Source: a bacterium (GTDB lineage Bacteria; SAR324; NAC60-12). From it: a DNA stretch of 64,000 bases. The notes under the pieces are model-generated. The model did not search any database. It was not told the DNA's origin and was given only the letters and a program-made list of their open reading frames with translations. Positions 30,859 to 42,304 of the stretch are shown here, piece after piece (position 1 is the first letter of the stretch; the number at the start of each line of letters is the position of its first letter). The stretch covers positions 96,001 through 160,000 of the forward strand of contig CBDBHR010000025.1 of NCBI GenBank assembly GCA_965205865.1, given 5' to 3'. Both the position numbers and the translations under genes were made by a program.

Positions 30859-31318
30859 TAAAATGAAAGGAACCCCATGACTACCCAAGATTGGAAAAGC
30901 CTAATTGATCAAAAGAGTCTCGGTGATAAAAAGGGATAAATCATGAATAAGAAACTAAGGTTCGGAATAGTCGGAACCGGCTTAATCGCTGGTTTCATTG
31001 CTAAATCGATAACCACATCGAAGGGGGCCACGCTTACAGCAGTTTCTAGTCGCAAGCAGGAAAGCGCTCAGGCTTTCGTGAGCGATATTGAGGGTGCTGC
31101 AGCGGTCGAAGGGGTTGAAAACCTGCTAGCTCGACCCTAGCCGAAAAGGGTTTCGAAAATAGTAAATGTAACCAATTTGATTCTATTTGATTCAATATGA
31201 CGAGAAAACGATTTTTTTGTTTTTTATTCGCCCACAGCACAGTTTTTATAGGGAAAAAATCTTTTTTGGACATACTTTCCTCGCCCCTGCTCATATTTCA
31301 CACTCCCCCATTGAATAT

Positions 31319-32848
31319 TTAGGCCGCTTGTTTGAGTTGTCTTTTTTTCAACTCAATCATTTTGCAAAAATTATAGGTTAATGCTTTTTCCAGCAACTCT
31401 GCCCGAACGTTTTCAATCCCTCTGCGCATAACTTGTCCGAAATGGAAACGATGCTTAAGATGAAACATCAACGACTCTGCAGCAGATCTTCCATTTCGTG
31501 ATTCCAAATAGATTTCACTTTCCCATTCTTCAATCGGGGTCATCTTTTTTCCCTTTGCCCCACTAATACTAAAAACCTTAACGCCTTTGCCCATCCACTT
31601 TTCTCTGATCGCCTGATTGGCATATCCATCATCAAGGCTCACTTCAGAGGGAATGGTGATGGTGCATCGCAAATGTTCAACAAGGGCAGGGTCGAGTTGC
31701 CCTGAATCAGCAGCATTGCCCTCCGGAGTAATTAACACGGAAATAAAACCATTTCCGCTCCTTCCTAATTGAGGCTTATATCCGATAAGCGCTTCTCGAT
31801 CTCCCTTTTGAATATAAGCCGAGCTCTGATCGGAAAGACTCAATACTTTCTCAGTAGAAGGAACCTTCTTTTCTTCAAAAACTCTTTGATGACAGTAGAT
31901 GATTACCCGTTGCAAATTAGAAATATCTTCATTCATCATTTCAATGAGGCGAATCAAACGCGTTTTCCGAGAAGGGGGGAGAAGAGCTTTTTGGGCACGG
32001 ATATCCACCTTTGCCATTTCTTTTAAAAATTTCCCATGAGCGCTTTGAGCTTTCTTCAATAGGGTTTTGTAATGTTTTTTTCGCTTCGTTTTACTGTCCT
32101 TTTTACCTGTCTCAAAAGCAATCATCTTAGAGAGCTTATTCATCTCCTTGATGAGGAAATCAAAATTTCTTTCACTGATCTCAGCGATTCCAAATGTATC
32201 AAGGGAACGCCCTCGATGGTAGCTTCGCTCCACGAGACGAGTCAATATCGACGAATCAGTAGGCCAAGCTGTATTTCCTTTTACAGAGGTGCTATCCAGT
32301 TTTAAAATATCAAAATCGTCCAACTCTTCATCGAGAACCATTCGAATTTGAGCATCGAAAATAAACTGTCTGCTCTCGTTGCTGACAGCATTGACATTAT
32401 CAAGGATTGTACTCGCTCCCGGCATTTTCAATCCACGGTTGAGCAGAAGCAGATGCAGTGTGATTGACTCTGAAAGAAATATTTGGGCCGTTTGGGATTT
32501 GATACTTCCTAAATATCCCCGAATCATCATAAAAAGGTAGACTAAAAAAGCCGACATCCGAGGACACCCTATTTCCAGCCTCAGTTCTTCCGGCTTCAAT
32601 TCCTCATCTTCTACGGGAAGATGAGGAAGCCATGGATTCCGGGCTTCCTGCCATCGTTTATCCTCTAAACGCTCTTTCTTTTTATTTCTTGCGTATTTCT
32701 CCAAATCCTGTTCAATTTTGTCCAATATCTCCGGCTCTCGCTCAGACAATTGATCAAGTTCTGATAAGAAATTTTCAAATTCTGTATCAGGAGCGCTTAA
32801 AAAAAGATGTTTTTCTGCTCGAATGAATGGTTTCATTTTGGGTGCCAT
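31319..32848 (-). CDS. DDE transposase (ISNCY/IS5-like), 509 aa
   Basis: LDST.V..N..WPTD, LDDGY, R...ES....LK motifs. Confidence 0.85.
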   Translation of the reverse strand: MAPKMKPFIRAEKHLFLSAPDTEFENFLSELDQLSEREPEILDKIEQDLEKYARNKKKERLEDKRWQEARNPWLPHLPVEDEELKPEELRLEIGCPRMSAFLVYLFMMIRGYLGSIKSQTAQIFLSESITLHLLLLNRGLKMPGASTILDNVNAVSNESRQFIFDAQIRMVLDEELDDFDILKLDSTSVKGNTAWPTDSSILTRLVERSYHRGRSLDTFGIAEISERNFDFLIKEMNKLSKMIAFETGKKDSKTKRKKHYKTLLKKAQSAHGKFLKEMAKVDIRAQKALLPPSRKTRLIRLIEMMNEDISNLQRVIIYCHQRVFEEKKVPSTEKVLSLSDQSSAYIQKGDREALIGYKPQLGRSGNGFISVLITPEGNAADSGQLDPALVEHLRCTITIPSEVSLDDGYANQAIREKWMGKGVKVFSISGAKGKKMTPIEEWESEIYLESRNGRSAAESLMFHLKHRFHFGQVMRRGIENVRAELLEKALTYNFCKMIELKKRQLKQAA

Positions 32849-32938
32849 AATTCTTAATATTGAAGTTATTCAGAGTTATTTCAATGAATTATGGCACTTT
32901 TTAACCTCAAGTTTAAAGATATAATTCTAAAAAATACC

Positions 32939-34900
32939 GTAACTATTTAGGTCTCTGAAAAACCCGTTTATTAAATATCGTTAAAAAAGATTCCCGGAGA
33001 GGATCGATCGTTTTCAAGTCCTCCCACGATATTGTTCAATCGATCGGAAACCCTCTTCTTTCATAAACACAACTTAACGAAGACGTGATTATAACACAAT
33101 AATAATGTCAACCCCCCAAGGCAAAATAAATGCGGGATTCAAAAAAAAAGTAACTATACTCTGAACGGGTTTAAATTTCACTTTTCAAAATTCCTGTTAT
33201 TCCGAGCTAAAGGGGCTGCCTAAGCAAGAATCTCATGGGAATCAAGAAGATCCTTCGGTTCCCTCAGGATGACAAAAAAATGAAGAAATCATATGTTCAC
33301 AGTATATTTAGGTCCTTTATGGGGACCTTAATTATAAAGGAGTTGCCAGAGGATGCAAAGCCTGAGTGAGCAAATCGAGGATGGATTTTCCCTGTTTTCT
33401 GGTAGTGGAAATGGCTCCCCGGATGATACAAAAAGCCTGAGATCCTTCAGCCGTTCGAAAGCCGCCGGAGATTTTTTGTTTCAGTTTAACCATGCGCACA
33501 TCTCGCTCGGCTTGGTTGTTGTCAAAAGGAACCCGGAAGTCATCCATGAATAACAAGTTTTCCTTTTCATAGAGGATCAAGCGATCGAGTAAATTTTTGG
33601 CTTTGCTCTGTTTGGGGCGTCCTCGTTTCTTTGTTTGAGGAGGGGGAGGATAGAGCTCAAGGGCTTCTTGGGTGATATCACGATAGCGTTGCCGGAAGTG
33701 ATCTAGTTGGACTGGACTCAAAGCAGATTGTTCTTTGAACTTGGCTTGGTCTACTTGCTTTTTGATCTCTACCAGTAAGTCGCTCATCTCCTGAGCCCAC
33801 AAGGCCTTTTCTTGTTGATAGGCCCGAGAGAGTTCACGTAAATGATGCGCATTGCAAAAGCCATGATCACACTCATAATGCTGGTAGCTCTCCCAGTGAT
33901 CATGAATGGCTGTCTTTTCAAACTGAGGCAGGATACCGGCGGCATCCATTCCGGCTTGACCCCGTTTGTCGTGGATAAAATAAAAGGTCAGCTCTTCGGT
34001 AGAGGCTGAATGAAGCCAGCGACGTTGTTTGTTTTCAAACAGAGAGGTTTCATCAAAATGAACCACCTCCGATTGAATCAGAGCTTCAGCCACTTGTTGT
34101 TGGAAGGGATAAAGCCTATGGGCGGCTTGCTGGAGGCTAGCATAAATCGTGGCCGCATTGAGCGGCTGGCCGAACAGATCCTCAAAAAATTGCTGGCATC
34201 GATCAAAGGGCAGAAACTGATATTGATTGAGATAAACCGCTAAGCCTTTGATCCGGGGACCATATTGAGTGGGTGCCTTTATCCCTGCTGGAAAGCTCGA
34301 GTGATTCAGATGCCGGCAGCAGGGACAAATTTTTTGTTCCACCTGGTGCTCGGTGACCTCTAATTGGAGCGGGGGAAGATCAAACACTTGGCGTTTATGC
34401 CTCGCCTCAACCACAACCTGGGATAAATCTTCTCCACAGGTTTCACAGGTGCTGGGAGAATGGGACTCCACCTGATCCGGTGATTCACTGAAAGCCAAAT
34501 GATGGCCTCTATGACCGGGTTGACCTCCGCGAGAGCGACCCCTGCTTTTACGTAAGCTTTTGTTCTTTCGACTTTGATCGGTGGAAGGAGGTTTACTTGA
34601 GTTTTGGCTGTTGAGAGCCAACTGATCCCGAAGTTGCTTATTTTCTGTTTCGAGAGCTTCAATACGCTTATTTTCTATTTCGAGACGTTCGAGGAGTTTT
34701 AATCGCTCTTTCTTCCATTGATCCCGTTCTTCTTCAAAGAGTTGACAGGCTTCTTGAAGAGCCTCAAGGAGGGAAGTCGATGAAATGGAATTAATATATT
34801 TTTTTTGAAATTTCGAGAGCATAAAATCCTTCCTGAATTTTATGCTATGCAAATTCCGTGCTTAAATCGAAGGGGTCTCTAAAGAAACCTAAATAGTTAC
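32939..34900 (-). mobile_element. IS66-family element (single-gene, ISBst12-like) with an extended right end
   Basis: GTAACTATTTAGGT IRs; 8-bp TSD AAAATACC. Confidence 0.92.
33332..34852 (-). CDS. IS66-family transposase
   Basis: NSSKPPS, GGQPGH.G, zinc finger, HFDET, C.AH.LREL, FDNNQAER. Confidence 0.93.
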   Translation of the reverse strand: MHSIKFRKDFMLSKFQKKYINSISSTSLLEALQEACQLFEEERDQWKKERLKLLERLEIENKRIEALETENKQLRDQLALNSQNSSKPPSTDQSRKNKSLRKSRGRSRGGQPGHRGHHLAFSESPDQVESHSPSTCETCGEDLSQVVVEARHKRQVFDLPPLQLEVTEHQVEQKICPCCRHLNHSSFPAGIKAPTQYGPRIKGLAVYLNQYQFLPFDRCQQFFEDLFGQPLNAATIYASLQQAAHRLYPFQQQVAEALIQSEVVHFDETSLFENKQRRWLHSASTEELTFYFIHDKRGQAGMDAAGILPQFEKTAIHDHWESYQHYECDHGFCNAHHLRELSRAYQQEKALWAQEMSDLLVEIKKQVDQAKFKEQSALSPVQLDHFRQRYRDITQEALELYPPPPQTKKRGRPKQSKAKNLLDRLILYEKENLLFMDDFRVPFDNNQAERDVRMVKLKQKISGGFRTAEGSQAFCIIRGAISTTRKQGKSILDLLTQALHPLATPL

Positions 34901-36445
34901 AAAATACCTTAAAATACCTTTTCGGCTAGGATCTAGCTCGTGAGGACGTGGATGCCGTGTATGTGGCCACTCCAACCTCTGCGAAAGAAAGCATCACCCT
35001 TGCCGCGATTGCGGCAGGGAAGCATGTTCTCGTTGAAAAGGCATTCATTAATTGTGATTCGGTGAAACGAATGGCCGCAGCGGCGTCGTCCCAAAACGTG
35101 CTGTTCATGGATGCAACTCACTTTGTGCACCACCCCCGCACTGAAGCGATCCGGCAGGAGATCTCCAACTTGATTGCATCCCCTCTGTCGCTTCACACGA
35201 CCTTCTGCTTTCCATTCTCAGATCGAAGTAACATCCGCTTTGACCCCACCCAGGAACCGGCAGGTGCTCTTGGCGACATGGCATGGTACCCGATGCGGGC
35301 TGTTGTGGAATACCTGCAGCCGCCAGGAGAATTGACTACGGTTGCTGCGGTGGCGGAGCGAGACGCCGAGACCAAGTCGGTTATCCGCCTCACAGGTCTA
35401 GTCGGTTTCGCAAGCGGTGAAGCATCGACATTTGATGTTGGTTACACTGCTGGCGCAGTAGTATATGATCTTAGTTTGCTGGGAACGGCAGGCATGATCG
35501 TGTTGGATGATTTTGTGCTGGATTGGAACAACAGTTTTTTATTCCAGAACCCGGACATCAAGTGCGGTTACATTCACCGAAAGGGAATGGCTACTCGTCA
35601 GGATTTTACCTTTATCGAGACCCCTTCGAAAGTTCCAGCAGATGTGTTGATGATCGAATGCTTCACCGATCTCGCAAACTCAAATGACCGCTCCGCTCAG
35701 ACCATTTTCACAGACGCCTCACTGCAAACCCAGAGTTATCTCGATGCAATATGGGAGGCAATTAACCAAGAGTGACAGCTACTCATGTGGAATTGCCAAC
35801 ACCTGTGAAGCCTGTGGGAAAGATTTATCCAAGGTGACGGTTGAGGCCACGCTCAAACGTCAGGTGTTTGATCTCCCCTCTCTGCAATGAGAGGTTACCG
35901 AACACCAACCCCTGCGTGGCCAAAAGTATTCATAGCAAACATAGCATCGTCAATGCGATTTTGTATGTCCTGAAAACGGCTTGTCAGTGGAGAATGCTTG
36001 GCCATGATTTACCTCCCTGGCAAAGCCTTTACGATCATTATCGCCGTTGGAAAAAACGCTGGACTGTGGAGCGAACATTCGCTTTTTGGCTCATGCCGAA
36101 GATGGACCGCAATATATTTTTTTATAGCTGACCTCCATTGTTTCGCAATTCTCCTGATCCAAACTTGCTATAGGCTTTGCGCCGCCTAGTAGTGCTGAAA
36201 TCATGCCTTGTTGTTTTAGGGTAAGGAGTGGATTTTCGCTCGTTTGATTCAAAATTAGCTGTGGGAGGGTTCCCGCTCGATCGAATGAACAATACCGTGA
36301 GAGGACTTGAAAACGATGGATTCTTCCCGAGAATCTTTTTTCAATGTTATTGAACTGAACGGCTTCTGACTGTCCACGGATTTGAGTAGATTTATTGATT
36401 TTTTGTTTTTTTTTGCGAATCCCGAATTTATTTTACATCAGGGGA

Positions 36446-36473
36446 TTGACATTGCATTTTATTGTATTATAAT
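36446..36473 (+). promoter_or_regulatory. Sigma70-type promoter within the IS66-end module upstream of operon 4
   Basis: TTGACA-16 nt-TATAAT. Confidence 0.7.
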
Positions 36474-36477
36474 ATGT

Positions 36478-36585
36478 CTTCGTTAAGGTGTTTTTAAAGA
36501 AGAGGGTTTCCGATCGATTGAACAATATCGTGGGAGGACTTGAAAACGATCGATCCTCTCCGGGAATCTTTTTTAACGATATTTA
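36478..36585 (+). ncRNA. Candidate structured RNA/leader (IS66-end motif)
   Basis: CGTTAA/TTAACG, GAGG/CCTC and CGATCG/CGATCG nested stems. Confidence 0.4.
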
Positions 36586-36693
36586 ATAAACGGGTTTTTC
36601 AGAGACCTAAATAGTTACAGGATATTTAACTAAACGGGTTTTTCAGAGACCTGAATAGTTACCTTCAACCTAAATAAAATTAAAGGAGAAATT

Positions 36694-39600
36694 ATGTGGA
36701 ATACGAAAAAAATGGCAGCCCTTTTAGGAGGACTGATGCTGGCAGGCGCTTTTCAGACGGTGCAGGCCAAAGATTGGACGGGTGAGGATATGACTGCGTA
36801 CGCAAAGAGTCAGGGGAAGCCCGTCTATGGTGGGATCGTGGTGGATTCTGGCAGGGGGTATACCTCCAGCTTTGATCCGCTCATTCATCCTTCCGAGAAT
36901 GAGGTGACCTGGGGTATTTATGAAGCCTTTTATGCTCCTGATATCACCAAGGGACCGCGGGGTAGCAACGAACAACGGTGGTCGACTGAATTCATTAGCA
37001 AGGATACATCCATGGGCATTTTGGCCGAGTCTTGGGAACAAGTGGATCCCACCCATTCGAGGTGGAAGATCCGCAAGGGAATCCGCTTTTGGACGAAAGA
37101 TAGTGTGGTGAGCCCCAATCCCAATCTGGAGTCGGCCTATGGGAGAGAGCTCAATGCCCGTGATATATTGAAAATCTGGGAGGTCTCGAAAAATGAGGAG
37201 AGAACCCAATGGTACCTAAATCCTGCAATTGAATATTTTGATTGAGTTTCCCCCCACTCTTTGAGAGGTTTTTTTAAAAAAAAGGATTTGAGAGTTGAAT
37301 TTCCATCAGTCCTTGCTCATAAAGGTTTTTCCGCCCTCCATTAGATCGTTATATTTTGTGATGATCTGATACCCGCTTTCGCGGGCACAAGATTCAAGAC
37401 GTACTTCTCCCTGGATTTGGGAATCTACATCTCAGCAAAATGTATCCACTGGAGTGAAACAAAGGTTCTAGGTCTCTCCAACAGCGACCCATGCATCCCA
37501 TTGAGCATTGTAAAGTGTTCTTTCCGGAACTCTCAGTTTTTGTTGACGAGCGCCACTCGTCCATTTTCCTGCCATTCGGACAAGATAGGTGCGCATGGTG
37601 GCCGGTTCCCAACGGCGCAGTATTGCGTTACCACTACAAAGGGCCATCCAGCGCAGCGTGTTGTAAGCGAGTATCGCGCATTGGAACAAGGCACTGTTGG
37701 CCCAAAAATCGTCGGTTTTAATCTGAGCCAGCGCAGTTTGATTTTTTGCTTCCTCAATCCATGTCTCAGCGACCGCCCTTTGGCCATACTCTTTGTGAGC
37801 CTGCCAGGGAGTGAGCGCGTCAGTGAGAACATAACAAAAATAATCGTACTCCTTCATCTCAAAGAGGGTGGCCATCCCTTTGAGTTCCTCCTCTTTCTCC
37901 CTGCGTACGGCCATGAATTTTCTTGACCTCCTCCAAGTTTCACATTGGTGGGAAAACTCACACCCTTCCCAAGCGGGCTGCCCCTTCACTTTTTGCCATT
38001 TTTGGGTTTCCAACAACGAGACAAGCCCCTTGAGTTTGACCTTGATCAGATAGCCATGGCCTCGTTCTTCGAGGAAATCCAGCAAATCCCCCACAAAAAA
38101 ACCACTGTCTCCACGAAACAGAGTGCGAGTCCGATTTGGAAGGTGAGCGAGAAGTTGCCGCATGAATTCAACGACTCCATTGCTGGTATAGGCACTCCCA
38201 TCACGAAGCCAACCCTGAAGAATCTCCTTTGTCTCTGCGCAAAATGCCAGCAGAGGATGATACGAAGCTGCACCGCGTTTGTGGGGATTATATCCGACAG
38301 ACACTCCTTGCTGCTTGCCGTAGGCCGTTTTCACAGTGGAGTCCACGTCAATCACAAGACAGTGTAACACCCCAACGATGCTTGTCCCACTTCGAAGCGC
38401 CTTACGCCAGATACCGGCTCGAATCCGATGGTTCAAGCTCTCCATCTCATTGATGTTTTTCTGTGTGAAAGTACGCAGTATCCGGCCGAATGTGGTTTCA
38501 TCCGGAATCCTCAGCCAACCGGCCACACGACTCAAAACACGGTCGTTCCAAACTGTCACAATCGAACGAATCGAACGGGCGCCACCAACAATGCCGACCA
38601 CCGACAAAATGACCATGTCCACCGCGTCATAAAGACCCGTGGCGCCACGCCGATGATCTACGGTCTGCTCTGTCTTTGAAACAATCCCTTCTTTGTGAAA
38701 AAATTTGACAACCGGAATCAAGCCTGCTTGCGCGGTCAGGTCTCTGCCTCCCTGGCTGATATGGATGTTTTTTGCTGTCGTTCTTGCCGATCTTGCGCTA
38801 CATGGTAATGGTGATCTCTTAAAATTTGTTTTTCATGGTAATGGTGATCTCTTAAAATGTTGATTCTGATGCTGTTAACTATTTGAGTATATTACCATTT
38901 CCAGGGGGTGTTTGATTGTCATCTAATTGCAGGATTTAGGTGGTATAATTCCGAAAAGGATTGGGTATGGAAAGCTCCGGATGATTGGACCATCGAAGTG
39001 GAGTGGAAGGTACCGGATGCGACGGGATGGTTATGGAAGATTTCAGCATTGATGCGCATCACGGCCCCTGAAATGTATGAGAATGACATCAACACCGAGG
39101 ACTTTAGAAATGCCTTGGGCACAGGTGCCTTTATTCCAACAGAAGATCTCCCGGGCAGTGTCACCACCTTCAAAAAGAACCCGAACTACTGGAACGTGGA
39201 TCCCTTTTACCCTGAAAACAAATTACCTTACCTGGACGGGATGAAGATTGTCCAGTTCGCTGAGAGTCCGGCAAAGGTAGCGGCCGTACGTGCCGGCAAG
39301 CTTGACCTGGTAAAACAATTTCCCATTATTCAGCCGGATGTCTCGAGCCTGGAGCAGTCCCACCCCCAGGTAAACCACATCGCATTACGAGGGTGGCAGC
39401 GCAGCTTTTTTGTGAGGGTCGACTTGCCACCCTGGAGCGACCTCAGGGTCCGGCGTGCCGCCATGCTGGCCGTCAACCACGAAGAAGCGTTGCAGGAGTT
39501 TTACCAAGGGTATGCCCATTATCCCTCTTATCCTTCGGAAAAAGGGATGGCACCTCAATACCTTGGCATGGATTACTTGAAAGAGCACCGCCCGGACCTG

Positions 39601-40239
39601 GCCAAGCTGTTTGAGTATCACCCCGAGGAGGCCAAGGCGCTGCTCACCGAAGCCGGCTATCCTGATGGTTTCGAGACCACCATGATCATCCCTGCGGATT
39701 GGCAGGAAGATGCGGAACTGTTTGCCGGCTATCTCGAGGAAGTGGGCATTCGGGTGACATTCAATGTGATGGATATGAGTGTTTATTACTCCTCAACGAT
39801 GACCCCAACTCCGGATGATTCTATTTATACCGGGATGGCGATTACTGATTCCGGCGCGCCTGGTGGTGGCTTGACAGATACCATGAAGTGGCACCATGAC
39901 CCCCGGGCCCCGCTGCCCTGGTATGGCGATCCTGATGCACCAACCGCACCTTCTGAGACACGGTGGCAGGCTGAGAAAATGAAGGCATTGCATGATTCTC
40001 TGAAGCTCGCTCCGAATCGAGAGGAGTATCAGCGCGTCTGGTACGAACTGTACCACCATGTCTACGAAACGTTGTGGAATTTGCCCTTTATGGCCCTGGA
40101 CCAGCATTTATACTGGCAACCCTGGGTCAAGGGCTTCATGGGGGATATCGGTTTTGGGGCTGGCTACTACAACAACTACTACATGTGGATTGATGCCGAT
40201 GAGAAGAAGCGGCTCAGCGGACGAGATGCGAACGAGTAA
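36694..40239 (+). pseudogene. ABC transporter family 5 solute-binding protein 4, interrupted by IS1380
   Basis: 36694-37214 and 38941-40239 rejoin across TSD TGGTA. Confidence 0.92.
37215..38940 (-). mobile_element. IS1380-family element, copy 3 (damaged 5' end, premature TAG)
   Basis: IRs; TSD TGGTA; duplicated CATGGTAATGGTGATCTCTTAAAA; ORF 37468-38721. Confidence 0.93.
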
Positions 40240-40251
40240 CTAAAGAGCGTC

Positions 40252-41217
40252 GTGCAAACCTATATCATCCGAAGATTGCTGCTGGTTGTCCCCACGATGC
40301 TCATTGTGTCGCTGATCGTCTTCTTCAGCTTGCGCCTTATTCCCGGCGATGCTATCGACTTGATGGTGGCTCAGAGTACGCATTTCGGCGGTACCAAATC
40401 CGATGAAACGCCCCGGGACATTATACGACGTGCCCTGGGGCTGGATTTGCCAGCCCATGTCCAGTATGGAAAGTGGATGGCCGGACTGCTGCAGGGAGAT
40501 CTGGGAGAATCCTTATGGACCAAAATCTCTGTAAGCGAAACCATTTTGACGCGATTGCCCATCTCCCTGGAATTGGGTTTCCTGGCCATTGTCATTTCGT
40601 TGACCATCGCCCTCCCGGTGGGCATGATTTCGGGGATCCGACCGGAGTCCAAGCTGGATCTGGTTCTGCGGAGTATGGCAATCCTCTTCATCTGCATTCC
40701 CGAGTTCTGGCTGGGGACGATGGTCTTGCTCTATCCCGCCCTTTGGTGGGATTGGGCGCCGCGGATGTTCTACATTTCTTTCTTTGAGGACCCCCTGGCC
40801 AACCTGGGCATGATGATCCTCCCGGCAGCCATCCTGGGGTTGTGGCTCTCGGGGTTTACCATGCGCTTTACACGCACCATGATGCTGGAAGTGCTCGGGC
40901 AGGATTACGTGAGAACCGCCTGGGCCAAAGGACTCCGTGAGCGGGTGGTGGTGACGCGGCATGTGATGAAGAATGCGCTGATCCCGGTAGTCACCATGAT
41001 CGGATTGCAATTACCGGTCATGATTGGCGGGGCCGTGATCGTGGAGTATCTGTTTCAAATTCCCGGAATGGGTGCGCTCATTGTGGAAGCGGTCAACATT
41101 CGAGACTATCCCGTCGTCTCCGGAGCCAATTTGGTCATGGCCGCCTTCGTCCTGGTGATCAACATCGGCGTCGACCTCAGCTACGCCTGGCTCGATCCCC
41201 GCATTCGGTATCAGTAG
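40252..41217 (+). CDS. Opp/Dpp-type ABC permease B
   Basis: PGDAID, DYVRTAWAKGL. Confidence 0.95.
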   Translation: MQTYIIRRLLLVVPTMLIVSLIVFFSLRLIPGDAIDLMVAQSTHFGGTKSDETPRDIIRRALGLDLPAHVQYGKWMAGLLQGDLGESLWTKISVSETILTRLPISLELGFLAIVISLTIALPVGMISGIRPESKLDLVLRSMAILFICIPEFWLGTMVLLYPALWWDWAPRMFYISFFEDPLANLGMMILPAAILGLWLSGFTMRFTRTMMLEVLGQDYVRTAWAKGLRERVVVTRHVMKNALIPVVTMIGLQLPVMIGGAVIVEYLFQIPGMGALIVEAVNIRDYPVVSGANLVMAAFVLVINIGVDLSYAWLDPRIRYQ

Positions 41218-41298
41218 TTTTGGCGCGGTCCGGCATTCCGGTTTCGCCCCCGCCAGAGAAGGTAAAAAACACTTTCAATCAAGACCAACAAGAATAAA

Positions 41299-42261
41299 AT
41301 GGAAATCAGTTCCGAAACCCCAACCACCACAGTCGCCATACCGGCCAAACGAAAAGGAGCCCTTCGCGTGTTCTTCTCGAGGCTGTTTCGGGAGAAGAAA
41401 CTGGGGGCGGCCGGGGCGGTCATCGTCCTGTTATTTTTCATAGTCGGGGTGTTTGCCGATGTCCTGGCCCCCCGCGGCATGACGGAGCGGAAACTGCGGG
41501 ACCGGTTGGACGGCCCCTCCCTCAAATATCCGCTGGGGACAGACCATCTGGGACGAGATCTGCTCAGCCGAGTGATCTATGGGGCGCAAATTTCGATGAT
41601 CGTGGGAGTCGCCGCTAGTGCGCTTCAGGTGGTCATTGCCACGATTTTCGGTCTGCTCTCCGGCTACTTTAGCGGGAAGTTTGACCTCCTCCTGCAACGG
41701 CTGGTCGATGCCTGGCTTTCCTTTCCGGGGCTGTTTGTGATCTTGACGGTGATGTCCCTGCTGGGACCCGGGATGGTGCAGATCATCATTGTGTTGGGCG
41801 CGTTTTGGGGGATCGGCAATATCCGCTTGATCCGGGGCGTGGTGCTCAGTGCCAAGGAGAACCAATTTGTCGAGGCAGCCCGGGCAGTGGGCTGCCCCAC
41901 TTGGCGCATCATCCTGCGGCATATCCTGCCCCAGATTGGGGCACCGATCATTGTGATCTTTACCGTTTCTCTCGGAGGCATCATTATCTCTGAGGCCACG
42001 ATCAGTTTTCTGGGATTCGGAATTCCTCCGCCTCGGCCCAGTTGGGGCAGCATGCTGAGCGCTGAAGGCCGCCGGTATATGGAACAAGCCCCCTGGCTGG
42101 CCCTCTGGCCCGGTCTGTTCCTGGCCATCGTCGTCTTCGGCATCAACGTGTTTGGCGACGCCCTGCGGGACCTGCTCGACCCCCGGCTTAAAAACCTCGG
42201 ACGCTTTGGTGACGCCAAGAAGCTTGCCAAAAAACTCAAAACCCAGTTGATCGGGAAATAG
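41299..42261 (+). CDS. Opp/Dpp-type ABC permease C
   Basis: LGTDHLGRD, FVEAARAVG, SFLGFG. Confidence 0.95.
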   Translation: MEISSETPTTTVAIPAKRKGALRVFFSRLFREKKLGAAGAVIVLLFFIVGVFADVLAPRGMTERKLRDRLDGPSLKYPLGTDHLGRDLLSRVIYGAQISMIVGVAASALQVVIATIFGLLSGYFSGKFDLLLQRLVDAWLSFPGLFVILTVMSLLGPGMVQIIIVLGAFWGIGNIRLIRGVVLSAKENQFVEAARAVGCPTWRIILRHILPQIGAPIIVIFTVSLGGIIISEATISFLGFGIPPPRPSWGSMLSAEGRRYMEQAPWLALWPGLFLAIVVFGINVFGDALRDLLDPRLKNLGRFGDAKKLAKKLKTQLIGK

Positions 42262-42304
42262 AAAAAAGAAAAAAAAGATCCCTCGATTGTTCGGGATGAC
42301 ACTA

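Larger units (their letters stand above)
31134..34932 (-). mobile_element. DDE insertion sequence (ISNCY/IS5-like) carrying a nested IS66
   Basis: IR A(C/T)CCTAGCCGAAAAGG; 8-bp TSD CTAGCTCG. Confidence 0.9.
30943..35775 (+). pseudogene. Gfo/Idh/MocA oxidoreductase split by nested IS (30943-31133 and 34933-35775)
   Basis: GIVGTGLIA; removing the IS restores LLAREDVDAVYVATP; KHVLVEK; GALGD. Confidence 0.92.
35795..36662 (+). mobile_element. Second composite relic: IS66 and IS5 fragments, tandem hairpin motif, doubled IS66 right IR
   Basis: [34 protein letters not shown] ends at 36618 and 36662. Confidence 0.82.
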
